From a bacterium (lineage in GTDB: Bacteria > Zhuqueibacterota > Zhuqueibacteria > Zhuqueibacterales > Zhuqueibacteraceae), in the NCBI GenBank assembly GCA_044869275.1, contig JBIOXB010000028.1:1-27230 (forward strand): a stretch of DNA of 27,230 bases, given 5' to 3'. This document shows, in pieces, positions 1-9,138 of this stretch. Below the pieces are notes generated by a model. It did no database searches, was not told the DNA's origin, and worked only from the letters and a program-made list of their open reading frames with translations. Each line of letters opens with the position of its first letter. Positions within the stretch are counted from its first letter, which is position 1. Both the position numbers and the translations under genes were made by a program.

Positions 1-925
1 CGCACAGACGGGCATGAAGTTCCTGGCTTTCTCAGTCGATGCGCGTGCGGCTGCTCTTGGCAACGCCGCTACGGTCGACATGAGCAGCGGAGCGGCAGGC
101 TTGTTTTATAATCCGGCAACGATGGGATGGCAGGATAAAACATTTAGTGTGACTGCCGGCATGACGCAGTGGATCGCTGATATTAACTACAATGCCTTTG
201 CTGCCTCCTATCAACCAAGCCAGGGAAAGTATGGTGTTTTTGGCGTATCCTTCATGAACGTCGATGCTGGTGAAATTGTGGGCACGGCTCTTGACGCCAG
301 CGAGCAAGGTTACCGCTTTACCGATTCATACACCCCGACGGCTTGGGTTTTGGGTATTGGCTATTCGAAGCAGTTGTCGGATAGGTTCTCGTTTGGTGCG
401 CAGGCTAAATATGTGAGCGAAAATCTTGCGACTGCGCTGATCAGCACGACGGACGGTGATGAATACAAGAAATATGAAGAATCAACGTTCGCGGCTGATT
501 TTGGAATTATCTACCGTACCGGGTTCAAGAGCCTGGCCTTGGGCATGGCTGCGCGCAACTTTGCGCCTGAAGTGAAGTATGAAGAGGAAAACTTCGAACT
601 GCCACTTACCTTTAGAATTGGCGTCGCGATGGATCTGCTGGACTTCACGACAAGGGATCCTAATAAGCATTCGCTGACGCTCAGGGTGGATACCGAACGC
701 CCTCGCGATTTCTCCGAGCAGGTTAAAGTCGGCGCCGAGTATGTCTTAATGAATCTACTCTCATTGCGTGCCGGCTACGTCACGCCAACGGACGAAGAAG
801 GCATTTCACTGGGCGGTGGTCTCCACAAAAATTTTGACACGTTTGGGTTTATGCTGGACTATTCATACACCAGCTTCGGTGTATTTGATAATGTAAGCCG
901 CTTCACAGCCAAGTTCAGCTTCTAG
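1..925 (+). CDS. PorV/PorQ-family (UPF0164-like) outer-membrane beta-barrel, 5'-truncated by the window edge
   Basis: The frame is open from base 2 (AQTGMKFL...). It carries the motifs 'ARAAALGNA', 'LFYNPA', 'LPLTFRIG' and 'GAEY...LSLRAGY', amphipathic beta-strands and a C-terminal Phe. No signal peptide lies in the window, so the true start is upstream. Confidence 0.85.
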   Translation, partial: AQTGMKFLAFSVDARAAALGNAATVDMSSGAAGLFYNPATMGWQDKTFSVTAGMTQWIADINYNAFAASYQPSQGKYGVFGVSFMNVDAGEIVGTALDASEQGYRFTDSYTPTAWVLGIGYSKQLSDRFSFGAQAKYVSENLATALISTTDGDEYKKYEESTFAADFGIIYRTGFKSLALGMAARNFAPEVKYEEENFELPLTFRIGVAMDLLDFTTRDPNKHSLTLRVDTERPRDFSEQVKVGAEYVLMNLLSLRAGYVTPTDEEGISLGGGLHKNFDTFGFMLDYSYTSFGVFDNVSRFTAKFSF

Positions 926-954
926 TGGCTTTAAATAGCCCAGTGCAAATCATG

Positions 955-999
955 CTGTCGGCGATGGTGCTTTAACCTTATCGCCGGCAGTTTTTTTTT
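955..999 (+). terminator. Rho-independent terminator after the PorV-like gene
   Basis: CTGTCGGCGAT (955-965) pairs with ATCGCCGGCAG (980-990, one G-U pair), followed directly by T9 (991-999). Confidence 0.85.
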
Positions 1000-1009
1000 G
1001 GTTCCAACA

Positions 1010-2269
1010 ATGAAAAATCAGGTCTTTTCCGTACGCGCCTTCTGCAAGAGCTCAGCCCTCTCCCGTATTCTTGTTATTCTTATATTCCCACTTTCCATTG
1101 TAGGCTGCAGTGATAAAAGTGATATCGAAGCCCGGCGCAAGGCAGCCCATCCCAAGGCTGTTCAATTCCTTGTGCAGGCCGAGTATCTGTACAAGGAAGG
1201 CAGATATGGTCAAGCGCTATTTCTGGCCGATAGTGCCGCCTATTACGAGCCTGATTTGGCCGACATCAGGATGCTCGAGGGGATGATTTATACCCAGTTG
1301 CTGCAATTCGACAGTGCAGAGAAAGCCTATAAGCGTATTCTGGAAATTGACCGGAACTATCCGGGCATCCATCTGAATTTGGGCAACACGGCGCTGAGGA
1401 AAGGGCAGCCTCGAAGGGCACTGGCGTTCTATGACCGTGAGAAGGCTTCGGAGGTGAAGGCCTCCGTGGCTCTGCAAAAAGGCCGGGCATACGAGGCGTT
1501 GTTCCGTCCCGATAGCGCCAAAATGATGTATATGGCTGCAATCGAAGCTGACTCAACGATAGCGACTGCCTATATGCGGCTGGGCGCACTTTTCAAGGAA
1601 GAAGGAGAAATTAAGCCAGCTCTAGGGTATGTACGAAACGGCGTTCGGCTTGTGCCGGACAATCCCAACTACCGATTTGTTTATGGCAATATTCTCCTGC
1701 TCAATAATCAAGCTGCCGAGGCTGCGGCCGAATTCAAGACAGTCGTTGAAAAACAACCTTGGAATTATTGGGCAAATTATAGTCTGGGGCAGGCCTTGGT
1801 CCGTGCGCAGGAGGTCGAGCTTGGAAAGAGCTACCTGGCGAGAGCTGAGAGCTTGACAACACAAGTTCGAACGCTCGAAGATTGGGAGAATTTAGCAAGA
1901 AGCAACCCTGATCAGCAGGGCATATGGCTCAACTACAGTGACGCCCTTGCTCGCTCCGGCCAAATTGAAAAAGCTATTCATGCCGCAAACGTTGCCAAAT
2001 CACTTGGCCCGACCAGCCCGGCTTTTCAATGCAATCTGGCCACTCTGCACATGTTGAATGCAGACACCACCACTGCCATGGCTATGTATCGAGAGCTCGT
2101 TGCCATTGACTCAACGTTTGCCGATGGTTGGCTTAATCTTGGGGTTGGTCTTGCCGCAATCGGTCAAACTGCAGAAGCTGGAATGGCTTTCCGGAAAGCC
2201 CTCAAATTTAATCCGGACGATCCGTTGCCCGAAAAGTATCTCAAAGAATTGGAAGGCAGAGACCAGTGA
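1010..2269 (+). CDS. Tetratricopeptide-repeat lipoprotein (paralog A)
   Basis: ATG at 1010 is preferred over TTG 998, which overlaps the terminator T-run. A hydrophobic stretch ends in lipobox-like IVGC. Many TPR-like units follow (e.g. AYMRLGALF, GWLNLGVGLAAIG..EA..AFRKALKFNP). Confidence 0.88.
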   Translation: MKNQVFSVRAFCKSSALSRILVILIFPLSIVGCSDKSDIEARRKAAHPKAVQFLVQAEYLYKEGRYGQALFLADSAAYYEPDLADIRMLEGMIYTQLLQFDSAEKAYKRILEIDRNYPGIHLNLGNTALRKGQPRRALAFYDREKASEVKASVALQKGRAYEALFRPDSAKMMYMAAIEADSTIATAYMRLGALFKEEGEIKPALGYVRNGVRLVPDNPNYRFVYGNILLLNNQAAEAAAEFKTVVEKQPWNYWANYSLGQALVRAQEVELGKSYLARAESLTTQVRTLEDWENLARSNPDQQGIWLNYSDALARSGQIEKAIHAANVAKSLGPTSPAFQCNLATLHMLNADTTTAMAMYRELVAIDSTFADGWLNLGVGLAAIGQTAEAGMAFRKALKFNPDDPLPEKYLKELEGRDQ

Positions 2270-3588
2270 TGGTCATTAGTCCCTCAAAAGTTAAATCTGT
2301 GCTTGTTTGGCAAAGAAATTCAAAGTCCAAAACACAAAACCCAAAACTACTTTTGGATTTTGTGCTTTGGCTTTTGGGTTTCCGACTCGTTCGGGTTAGG
2401 TTTTTCGTCATGGCTTTGCTTTTCATCGTCAGTTCGTGCGGGCGAGACACGGTATCCACGAATGAACAGAACCGGTCGGTTTCTTTGCTTTTCAAAGCAA
2501 ATGAGGCGATGACGCAGCATGAATTTCTGGCCGCCCTGGCTTTGGTGGACAGTGCCGCGCTCTATTCTCCGAAGTCGCCAAGCGTTCATTTTCAACGGGC
2601 TCGTATTTTCTCCGAGCTCGGCAGGTTCGCCGAAGCCAGATCTGAGTATAATGCCGCACTCGACCTGGATCCCAACTATCGAGGAGTTTGGCACAATATT
2701 GCGAATAACGAGTACAGGGAACGCCATTTCGAGATTGCGATTGGATATTATAAGAGAGCTCTGGAGCTGGAGAATTCCGCGACAGTGTGGCGCGGCCTGG
2801 GGCGTGCGTATGTCGAACAAGCGAAATTTGATAGCGCCAGGGTTGCATTTGAGCGTGCAATATCCTTGGACAGTACTTACGCTCCGGCTTTTTCCAGTAT
2901 GGCTTTTCTAGAGCAGGATGAAGGTCATCTTCAGGAGGCGCTTCGGCATGCGCAGATCGCCTTAAGCCTGAAACCGGATGAATTGAGTTACGCGTACTTG
3001 ACCGGATCGTTACTGGTGAGCCTCGGTAGTGCAAAAGAGGCTATGCCGTACCTGCAAAGGGTCTTGCAGGAGCAGCCGTGGCATTCCGGCGCGCATTATA
3101 ACCTGGGACAGGCTCTTGTCCGCCTCAAGCAGCCGGAACGGGCTCAGAAACATTTGGATCTAGCCGAAAAACACCGACAAGCCGAGGCAAAAATCAATTT
3201 GTTGCAAGAGGAGGCGCTCTCCAGTAAAGATCCGCTGACATTCGCCGCCATTGGGTATGCCATGCGCCGGGAAGGGCGTTATAATGACGCGATGCACGCT
3301 TACAAAGCCGGGCTTTACCTGGAACCAAATAATATTGAGCTCAGGAATAATATTGCCATTCTGCACTTGATACGTCAAGATACCACTCGGGCAATTCAGG
3401 AACTCGAGAATATCTTAAAAATAGATCCGTCGCTGAGTGATATTTGGGTAAATGCTGGAACGCTTTACGCGCTTTCCGGGTCTCCTGAAAAAGCCGAAAA
3501 AGCGTGGCTCACAGCACTGCGGTACCAGGTGGACCATCAACAAGCAAAGGCAAATCTATTCAAGCTTTACAGAGACAGAGAAAGGTAG
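2266..3588 (+). CDS. Tetratricopeptide-repeat lipoprotein (paralog B); start uncertain (2266/2269 or 2410)
   Basis: Lipobox-like VSSC and TPR units (VHFQRARIFSELGRFAEA, VWRGLGRAY, AHYNLGQALVRL). The 5' end overlaps the previous stop and reads through a palindromic repeat. Confidence 0.87.
   Translation: MMVISPSKVKSVLVWQRNSKSKTQNPKLLLDFVLWLLGFRLVRVRFFVMALLFIVSSCGRDTVSTNEQNRSVSLLFKANEAMTQHEFLAALALVDSAALYSPKSPSVHFQRARIFSELGRFAEARSEYNAALDLDPNYRGVWHNIANNEYRERHFEIAIGYYKRALELENSATVWRGLGRAYVEQAKFDSARVAFERAISLDSTYAPAFSSMAFLEQDEGHLQEALRHAQIALSLKPDELSYAYLTGSLLVSLGSAKEAMPYLQRVLQEQPWHSGAHYNLGQALVRLKQPERAQKHLDLAEKHRQAEAKINLLQEEALSSKDPLTFAAIGYAMRREGRYNDAMHAYKAGLYLEPNNIELRNNIAILHLIRQDTTRAIQELENILKIDPSLSDIWVNAGTLYALSGSPEKAEKAWLTALRYQVDHQQAKANLFKLYRDRER
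2308..2386. repeat. Heptamer-based palindromic repeat element, copy 1
   Basis: TGGCAAAGAAATTCAAAGTCCAAAACACAAAACCCAAAACTACTTTTGGATTTTGTGCTTTGGCTTTTGGGTTTCCGAC has an A/C-rich arm mirrored by a T/G-rich arm. It is near-identical to 10193-10279. Confidence 0.9.
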
Positions 3589-4620
3589 ATGAGAGTGTTT
3601 GCGAGGATCTTCATTTTATTGACCGTTATCGTCTTTGCTGCCTGCGGAAGCGATGATGACACTGCGACTTTTCAAAAGGGCTCTGCGTTATACGATTTGG
3701 CCCTTGCCCTTTCCGATAGCCTGCCATTGTTGAATCCTGATAAGAACAACGTGTGGATCAGCACGTCAGATTTCGAAATACGCACCTCCTCAATTCTGAA
3801 TTCTATGAATGGGATTTACGGCTTAAACGTCGACATGATGAAAAACATGTCTGGCGTCAAGCTCAAGAGTATGTTCACTGAAACCGCCGCCGAGGTGGGA
3901 GAAAACAGACTGATTCTCGAGGCAGCGCGTCGGGACGGGATTGTTATTGACGAGGCCCGCGTCGATACCGCCTATCAGATTTTAGCAAGACGCCATGGTG
4001 GGATCGAAAAATATGAAGCCAGCTTGGCCGGGTCATACCGAACTCCCCAGTCTGTAAGAAGGCAGTTGCGGGATAACCTTCTCAAAGAAAAATACCTCGA
4101 GCAGATTTTGGGCAATATGGTGAAAATTAGCGAAGGCGAAATAATTGCCGCGTATGCAGAGGTGAAGTTTTCAGATATTCGCCAGATTTTTTTCCGGAGT
4201 TCCAATCAGGAAATTGCCATGCAGGTCTTGAAAAAGATTGCGGCGGGAGAGGATTTTGACAAACTTATCGATCAGTATTCTGAAGAACCTGCTTCAATGA
4301 AAGGGAGACATTTCAGGATAGTGAAAGGTGACAGCGGGGAGGTAAGAGCGCTTTATGATGCCGCTTTTTCGTTACAACCCGGTGAAACCAGCGACATTAT
4401 CAAAACCTCTGCAGGCCTGCACATTATCAAGGTCGAACGTCATCTGGAGGAAGAAAGGCAGCTATCTGATGTACGCGAGGAACTGAGGGCAAGAATACGA
4501 GAGAGAAAGTTCGCGCGAGCTTACGCAGCTTATTGGGATAGCCTTAAGAAGGCGAAGGATTACAAAGTGGTGATTCCTTTATCGGAAGCTGAGAAAATCA
4601 CTGCGATGGATAGGTTTTAA
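3589..4620 (+). CDS. SurA/PrsA-like parvulin (PpiC-type) foldase lipoprotein
   Basis: Lipobox FAAC; SurA-N-like helical region (LILEAARRDGIVI); parvulin features 'GEDFDKLIDQYSEEP' and 'AAFSLQPGETSDIIKTSAGLHIIKV'. Confidence 0.85.
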   Translation: MRVFARIFILLTVIVFAACGSDDDTATFQKGSALYDLALALSDSLPLLNPDKNNVWISTSDFEIRTSSILNSMNGIYGLNVDMMKNMSGVKLKSMFTETAAEVGENRLILEAARRDGIVIDEARVDTAYQILARRHGGIEKYEASLAGSYRTPQSVRRQLRDNLLKEKYLEQILGNMVKISEGEIIAAYAEVKFSDIRQIFFRSSNQEIAMQVLKKIAAGEDFDKLIDQYSEEPASMKGRHFRIVKGDSGEVRALYDAAFSLQPGETSDIIKTSAGLHIIKVERHLEEERQLSDVREELRARIRERKFARAYAAYWDSLKKAKDYKVVIPLSEAEKITAMDRF

Positions 4621-4665
4621 CGCAGAGGCAATCGCATCACGAACACCTGCCAAAATGCCAGCCAT

Positions 4666-6993
4666 ATGGGCACTAACCGGAACATGAAATCCAAGACACT
4701 AATGATTTTCTTTGGCCTTGGCATCATTGTTTTGGGTGTGATATGGGGGCTCGTGTATCATGTGCCAGAGACAACGGCACCGCTTCCTGCAATGCAGGCG
4801 CACGAACATGCCGAACATTCGTCAGGGATGGGGCCAGAGACAGTGAGGGAAGGAGACGAGGTAACGCATGCCTATCAGGCAGAGAGCACCCGCAAAATGG
4901 CCGAGCGGCTGCGACAGATTGCGGATACCCCTCGTCCGGAAACAAATGTCTTTGCCAACGAGGCGAGAATCGAGTACTTCAGGAATATGAAGCGACCGCA
5001 GGACCTCGAGGGCCGTTTGGAGATCGATGGCCAACTGGCGATGGAGCTTCTTTTCGCAGGTCACAACGAAGAAGCCGTGCAGGCGTTCACACGAATATTG
5101 CAAACGCTGGCGGACAAGAATTTTGCCGCCAACCACGAGTTGGTGATGAAGGCAAAACGACATCTGGCGTTGTCTTATCTGCGTTTGGGAGAACAGGACA
5201 ATTGCATTTCGCAGCACTCTAGCGAGTCGTGCCTGTTACCCATAAAGGGTGCAGGCATTCATCAAATACGCCGGGGCTCTGAAGGAGCTATCAAACTCTA
5301 TACGGAGATCCTGGAGACGGACCCTCAAGACATTTCCTCCCGTTGGTTGCTCAACATTGCTTACATGACGCTCGGCCAATACCCCGAGCAGGTTCCCCGG
5401 AAATGGCTGTTGCCACCAGAGATTTTTGAATCCGACTACGATATCAAGCGGTTTTACGATGTCGCCCCACGCCTGGGCATTGCGGTGCATGGACTTGCCG
5501 GTGGTTGCGTCATGGAGGATTTTGACGGCGACGGCTATCTTGACATCATGGCTTCTTCCTGGGGGGATCGTGATCAACTCCGTTTCTTCCGCAATAACGG
5601 CGATGGGTCTTTTACCGACCGCACCATGGCGGCGGGTTTGAAGGGTATAGTTGGTGGGTTGAATTTGTGCCATGCGGACTATAACAATGATGGTCATGCC
5701 GATGTACTAGTGCTCCGTGGGGCCTGGAAGCAGTGGGACGGACTTATTCCGAGCTCGCTGTTGCGGAATAACGGCAATGGCACCTTTGATGATGTGACGG
5801 AAGAGGCCGGGCTGCTCAGTTTCAATCCCACCCAGACCGCAGCCTGGGGTGATTTCAATAACGACGGCTGGATTGATATCTTTAAGGGGAATGAAATCCG
5901 TGACTACAAGCATCGTGGTGAACTTTTCCGGAACAATGGCGATGGCACATTTACCGAAGTCTCTGAGAAAGCTGGACTTATTGTAATCGGCTATGCGAAG
6001 GGGGTGGTCTGGGGAGATTACAACAACGACGGCTTGCTCGATCTCTACGTGTCTTTTCTGCATGAAGCAAACTTGCTTTTCAGGAATGATGGCAAAAACG
6101 ATGCTGGCGAATGGAAATTTACCGAAGTCAGCGTACAAGCAGGCGTCCAGCAGCCGACCAGGAGCTTTCCAACCTGGTTTTGGGACTATGACAATGATGG
6201 CTGGTTGGATATCTTTGTTTCCGGTTTTGGTTGGAATTTAAAAGACGTTGCCGAGGACTATCTGGGACTGCCGAACAACGGCGAGCGCCTTCGCCTATAT
6301 CACAATAACCACGACGGCACTTTTACGGACGCAACCAAAGCCGTAGGACTCTACAAGGTGCTGCTGACGATGGGATGCAATTTCGGCGACCTCGATAATG
6401 ATGGTTTCCTCGACTTCTATGCCGGCACCGGTGAGCCCAGGCTCCTCTCGCTGATGCCGAATCGCATGTTTCGGAATGCCGAAGGGAAATACTTTCAAGA
6501 TGTCACGTCCTCCGGCGGTTTCGGCCATCTGCAAAAAGGGCACGCGGTATCATTCGGGGACCTTGATAACGACGGCGACCAGGATATTTACGAGGTCATG
6601 GGAGGCGCCTTTTCCGGTGATGCGTCCATAAATGTTTGTTTTGAGAATCCGGGCCATGGTAATCACTGGATCACGCTCAAGTTGGAGGGCGTTCACTGCA
6701 ACCGGGCTGCTCTTGGCGCACGAATTAAGGTTGCCGTGACGACCACGAGCGGGGATCGGGACATTTATGTTACCGTGACGACCGGCGGTAGCTTTGGCGC
6801 TTCCAGCCTGCAACAGGAGATCGGGCTGGGACAGGCAACTTCAATCCGGTCAATTGAAATCACCTGGCCCACGACAGGCAAAACTCAGCGTTTTACCAAC
6901 ATTGCGATGGATCAAATACTCAAGATCCGCGAGGGGGATGCGCTCCCCATTCCACTTGCACTGCGACGATTCAGCCTCACGAAAGCATATTGA
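4666..6993 (+). CDS. CRTAC1-like FG-GAP repeat / ASPIC-UnbV protein with N-terminal membrane anchor and helical (TPR-like) domain
   Basis: N-terminal TM segment; repeated DxD/NxDGxxD Ca-binding FG-GAP motifs (DFDGDGYLDI, DYNNDGHADV, DFNNDGWIDI, DLDNDGDQDI); C-terminal ASPIC/UnbV signature (NRAALGARIKV...GGSFGASS...IGLG...IEITWP). Alternative start at 4684. Confidence 0.9.
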   Translation: MGTNRNMKSKTLMIFFGLGIIVLGVIWGLVYHVPETTAPLPAMQAHEHAEHSSGMGPETVREGDEVTHAYQAESTRKMAERLRQIADTPRPETNVFANEARIEYFRNMKRPQDLEGRLEIDGQLAMELLFAGHNEEAVQAFTRILQTLADKNFAANHELVMKAKRHLALSYLRLGEQDNCISQHSSESCLLPIKGAGIHQIRRGSEGAIKLYTEILETDPQDISSRWLLNIAYMTLGQYPEQVPRKWLLPPEIFESDYDIKRFYDVAPRLGIAVHGLAGGCVMEDFDGDGYLDIMASSWGDRDQLRFFRNNGDGSFTDRTMAAGLKGIVGGLNLCHADYNNDGHADVLVLRGAWKQWDGLIPSSLLRNNGNGTFDDVTEEAGLLSFNPTQTAAWGDFNNDGWIDIFKGNEIRDYKHRGELFRNNGDGTFTEVSEKAGLIVIGYAKGVVWGDYNNDGLLDLYVSFLHEANLLFRNDGKNDAGEWKFTEVSVQAGVQQPTRSFPTWFWDYDNDGWLDIFVSGFGWNLKDVAEDYLGLPNNGERLRLYHNNHDGTFTDATKAVGLYKVLLTMGCNFGDLDNDGFLDFYAGTGEPRLLSLMPNRMFRNAEGKYFQDVTSSGGFGHLQKGHAVSFGDLDNDGDQDIYEVMGGAFSGDASINVCFENPGHGNHWITLKLEGVHCNRAALGARIKVAVTTTSGDRDIYVTVTTGGSFGASSLQQEIGLGQATSIRSIEITWPTTGKTQRFTNIAMDQILKIREGDALPIPLALRRFSLTKAY

Positions 6994-7009
6994 GCGTGCC
7001 ATAGCAAAC

Positions 7010-7179
7010 GACTGTGTGAAAACTTGAGAATGCCGCACCCTGAGCTTGTCGAAGGGAGCTTGTCGAAGGGAGCTTGTCGAAGGGAGCTTGTCGAAGGGAG
7101 CTTGTCGAAGGGAGCTAAGTTCAAAAATCCGGCTTCGACAAGCTCAGCCGGCGTTGAAACCAAGCGTTTTCACACAGTC
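7010..7179. mobile_element. MITE-like element with 14-bp terminal inverted repeats and an internal REP-like palindrome carrying a tandem expansion
   Basis: GACTGTGTGAAAAC (7010-7023) and GTTTTCACACAGTC (7166-7179) form a perfect inverted repeat. An inner pair CTGAGCTTGTCGAAG (7040-7054) / CTTCGACAAGCTCAG (7133-7147) is also present. No transposase. Confidence 0.7.
7042..7116. repeat. Tandem repeat, 14-nt unit GAGCTTGTCGAAGG x5 plus a partial copy
   Basis: Perfect units start at 7042, 7056, 7070, 7084 and 7098, then GAGCT. There are no spacers. Confidence 0.97.
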
Positions 7180-7238
7180 TGAAACCTTGAATTATTTGAC
7201 TGAGTTGGATAAATAAGGCGCGAGGGTCGAGCCAATAA

Positions 7239-7373
7239 GAGCCTGTCCGAAAACCCTGAAATGTCATCCCGCAGGGATCTTGGTTGATTCGGGCACAGTG
7301 CCGATTTCAGGCCTGGGTGCCGAATCTACCAAGATGCCTTCTGCATGACAGAATGAGGTTTCCGGACAGGCGC
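7239..7373. mobile_element. 135-bp MITE-like palindromic element with a 4-bp target-site duplication
   Basis: GAGCCTGTCCGAAAACC (7239-7255) vs GGTTTCCGGACAGGCGC (7357-7373) match 15/17 as an inverted repeat. ATAA flanks both sides (7235-7238, 7374-7377). Nested internal stems: TGTCAT/ATGACA, ATCTTGGT/ACCAAGAT, GATTCGG/CCGAATC. Confidence 0.78.
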
Positions 7374-7396
7374 ATAACGCAACGAGCGATTATTCA

Positions 7397-9121
7397 ATGA
7401 AACGATTTATTCAGCATATACCTTTTTTGTTTATTGCATTCTTGGTTCTTTTTGCCTGTGGCAATAACGACCGCTCTCCCGCAACTGGTGCAACGGATAA
7501 GAGCAACAGCCGTTCTGACGCTCTTCAATTCACCGACGTCACCCATTCAGCGGGCTTGGGAGATTTTCTGCATGTAACTGGTGCTTTTGGAAAAACATGG
7601 TTTCCAGAAACCATGGGCGCTGGGTGCGGTTTTTTTGACTATGATCGTGACGGCTGGCCCGACATTATCTTGGTGCGAGGCGGAACTTGGGCGGATAATG
7701 ACACGACACCCGTCCTTGCCTTGTATCAGAATAAGGGAGATGAACATTTTGTTGAAGTGACCGACAAAGTTGGGCTTAGCGATGCCCGAGGTTATGGCCT
7801 TGGGGTGACAATCGGCGACTATGATAACGATGGCGATGATGATATCTTTTTGACCACGGTCGGCCGGAATCAATTATTTCAAAATAACGGGGGACGGTTT
7901 TCCGAAGTCTCACAGGCGGCAGGCGTGGCCGGGGGCGAGGTTTGGAGTACCTCCGCCATATTTTTCGATGCGGATAAGGATGCCTGGCTCGATCTTTACG
8001 TCGGCAATTATGTGCAGTGGTCTCCCGAAATCGATATCTGGTGTTCGATCGATGGTAAGACCAAGAGCTATTGCACGCCAGAGCTTTATACCGGAATCAA
8101 CAGCCGTTTCTACCATAATAATGGCGATGGCACTTTTTCGGACTGGACCGCACGGGCCGGATTTGCCGGCGGGCCGGGAAAGACACTCGGCGTTGCGGAG
8201 TTCGATTTCAATCGCGACGGCTGGCCGGATTTGGTGGTTGCCAACGATACCCAGCGTAATGAATTATATGTCAACAATGGCGACGGCACTTTTACGGAAA
8301 AGGGCATCTTGAGCGGGATTGCGTATGATGAAAATGGTCGAGCCCGTGCCGGAATGGGAATCGATGTCGGAGTCGTAGATAACACCGGCGAAGAATCCGT
8401 ATTCGTGGGAAATTTTGCAAAGGAGATGATCGCGGTCTTTCGCCATGGCGGTGATGGTCTTTTTGTCGATCGCGCAGCAGTTTCGAAGATTGGCAGAATG
8501 AGTCTGCTGACCCTGACTTTCGGTCTCATGTTATTGGATATTGACCTGGATGGAGACCTGGACATGTTTGCCGCGAACGGCCATGTCGTTCACGAAATCG
8601 AACGAACGCAGGACGGCGTCAAATTTCGTCAGCCGCCGCACCTGTTTATAAATGATGGCAAAGGCTATTTTGGGGATGCAGCCCCCGAAATCGGCGGCGT
8701 TCTTGCGGCCCCGCTGGTGGCTAGGGGCGCGGCCTGCGCTGATTATGATCGCGATGGCGACCTCGATATTCTGGTGACGGAGAATGGCGGCCCGGTACAT
8801 CTATGGCGCAATGAGAGCGCCGGCGCCGGCAAGCATTATTTGCGTGTGACTGTAGAAGGCAATCCCTCCAATCGCAATGGCTACGGCGTCCAGTTGATCG
8901 CGACTGTCGGCGAGATGCGGATGTACCGGCGGATTCGCTCCGGTTCGAGCTTTCTGTCACATTCTGAAGCCGCCGCCACCTTCGGATTGGGCGCCGCCGC
9001 CGAGGTCGATACCTTGGTGGTGCAATGGCCGGCGGGAAAGGTCGAGCGCCTAACTTCCATTAAAGCAGATCGTGAAATCAAGCTTTTTGAGGCTGCCGAA
9101 AAAAAACTCGCAAACAACTGA
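7397..9121 (+). CDS. CRTAC1-like FG-GAP / ASPIC-UnbV lipoprotein (paralog 1)
   Basis: Lipobox LFAC; 'FTDVT..AGL', 'PETMGAGCGFFDYDRDGWPDI', 'GMGID' and 'RGAACADYDRDGDLDIL'; C-terminal 'GSSFLSHS...TFGLG...VQWP'. Confidence 0.92.
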   Translation: MKRFIQHIPFLFIAFLVLFACGNNDRSPATGATDKSNSRSDALQFTDVTHSAGLGDFLHVTGAFGKTWFPETMGAGCGFFDYDRDGWPDIILVRGGTWADNDTTPVLALYQNKGDEHFVEVTDKVGLSDARGYGLGVTIGDYDNDGDDDIFLTTVGRNQLFQNNGGRFSEVSQAAGVAGGEVWSTSAIFFDADKDAWLDLYVGNYVQWSPEIDIWCSIDGKTKSYCTPELYTGINSRFYHNNGDGTFSDWTARAGFAGGPGKTLGVAEFDFNRDGWPDLVVANDTQRNELYVNNGDGTFTEKGILSGIAYDENGRARAGMGIDVGVVDNTGEESVFVGNFAKEMIAVFRHGGDGLFVDRAAVSKIGRMSLLTLTFGLMLLDIDLDGDLDMFAANGHVVHEIERTQDGVKFRQPPHLFINDGKGYFGDAAPEIGGVLAAPLVARGAACADYDRDGDLDILVTENGGPVHLWRNESAGAGKHYLRVTVEGNPSNRNGYGVQLIATVGEMRMYRRIRSGSSFLSHSEAAATFGLGAAAEVDTLVVQWPAGKVERLTSIKADREIKLFEAAEKKLANN

Positions 9122-9138
9122 GCAAAGAACAGTTAGAG

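Noticed and set aside
1..925. Complete type IX secretion system locus
   Set aside because: Only a PorV/PorQ-like barrel is present; no PorK/L/M/N or SprA and no clear T9SS C-terminal sorting domains are visible.
7042..7116. Possible CRISPR array
   Set aside because: The units are 14 nt and directly abut with no spacers; no cas genes are present.
6912..7163. 83-aa ORF with repeated peptide (APFDKLPSTSS)
   Set aside because: It is simply the translation of the 14-nt tandem repeat inside the MITE-like element.
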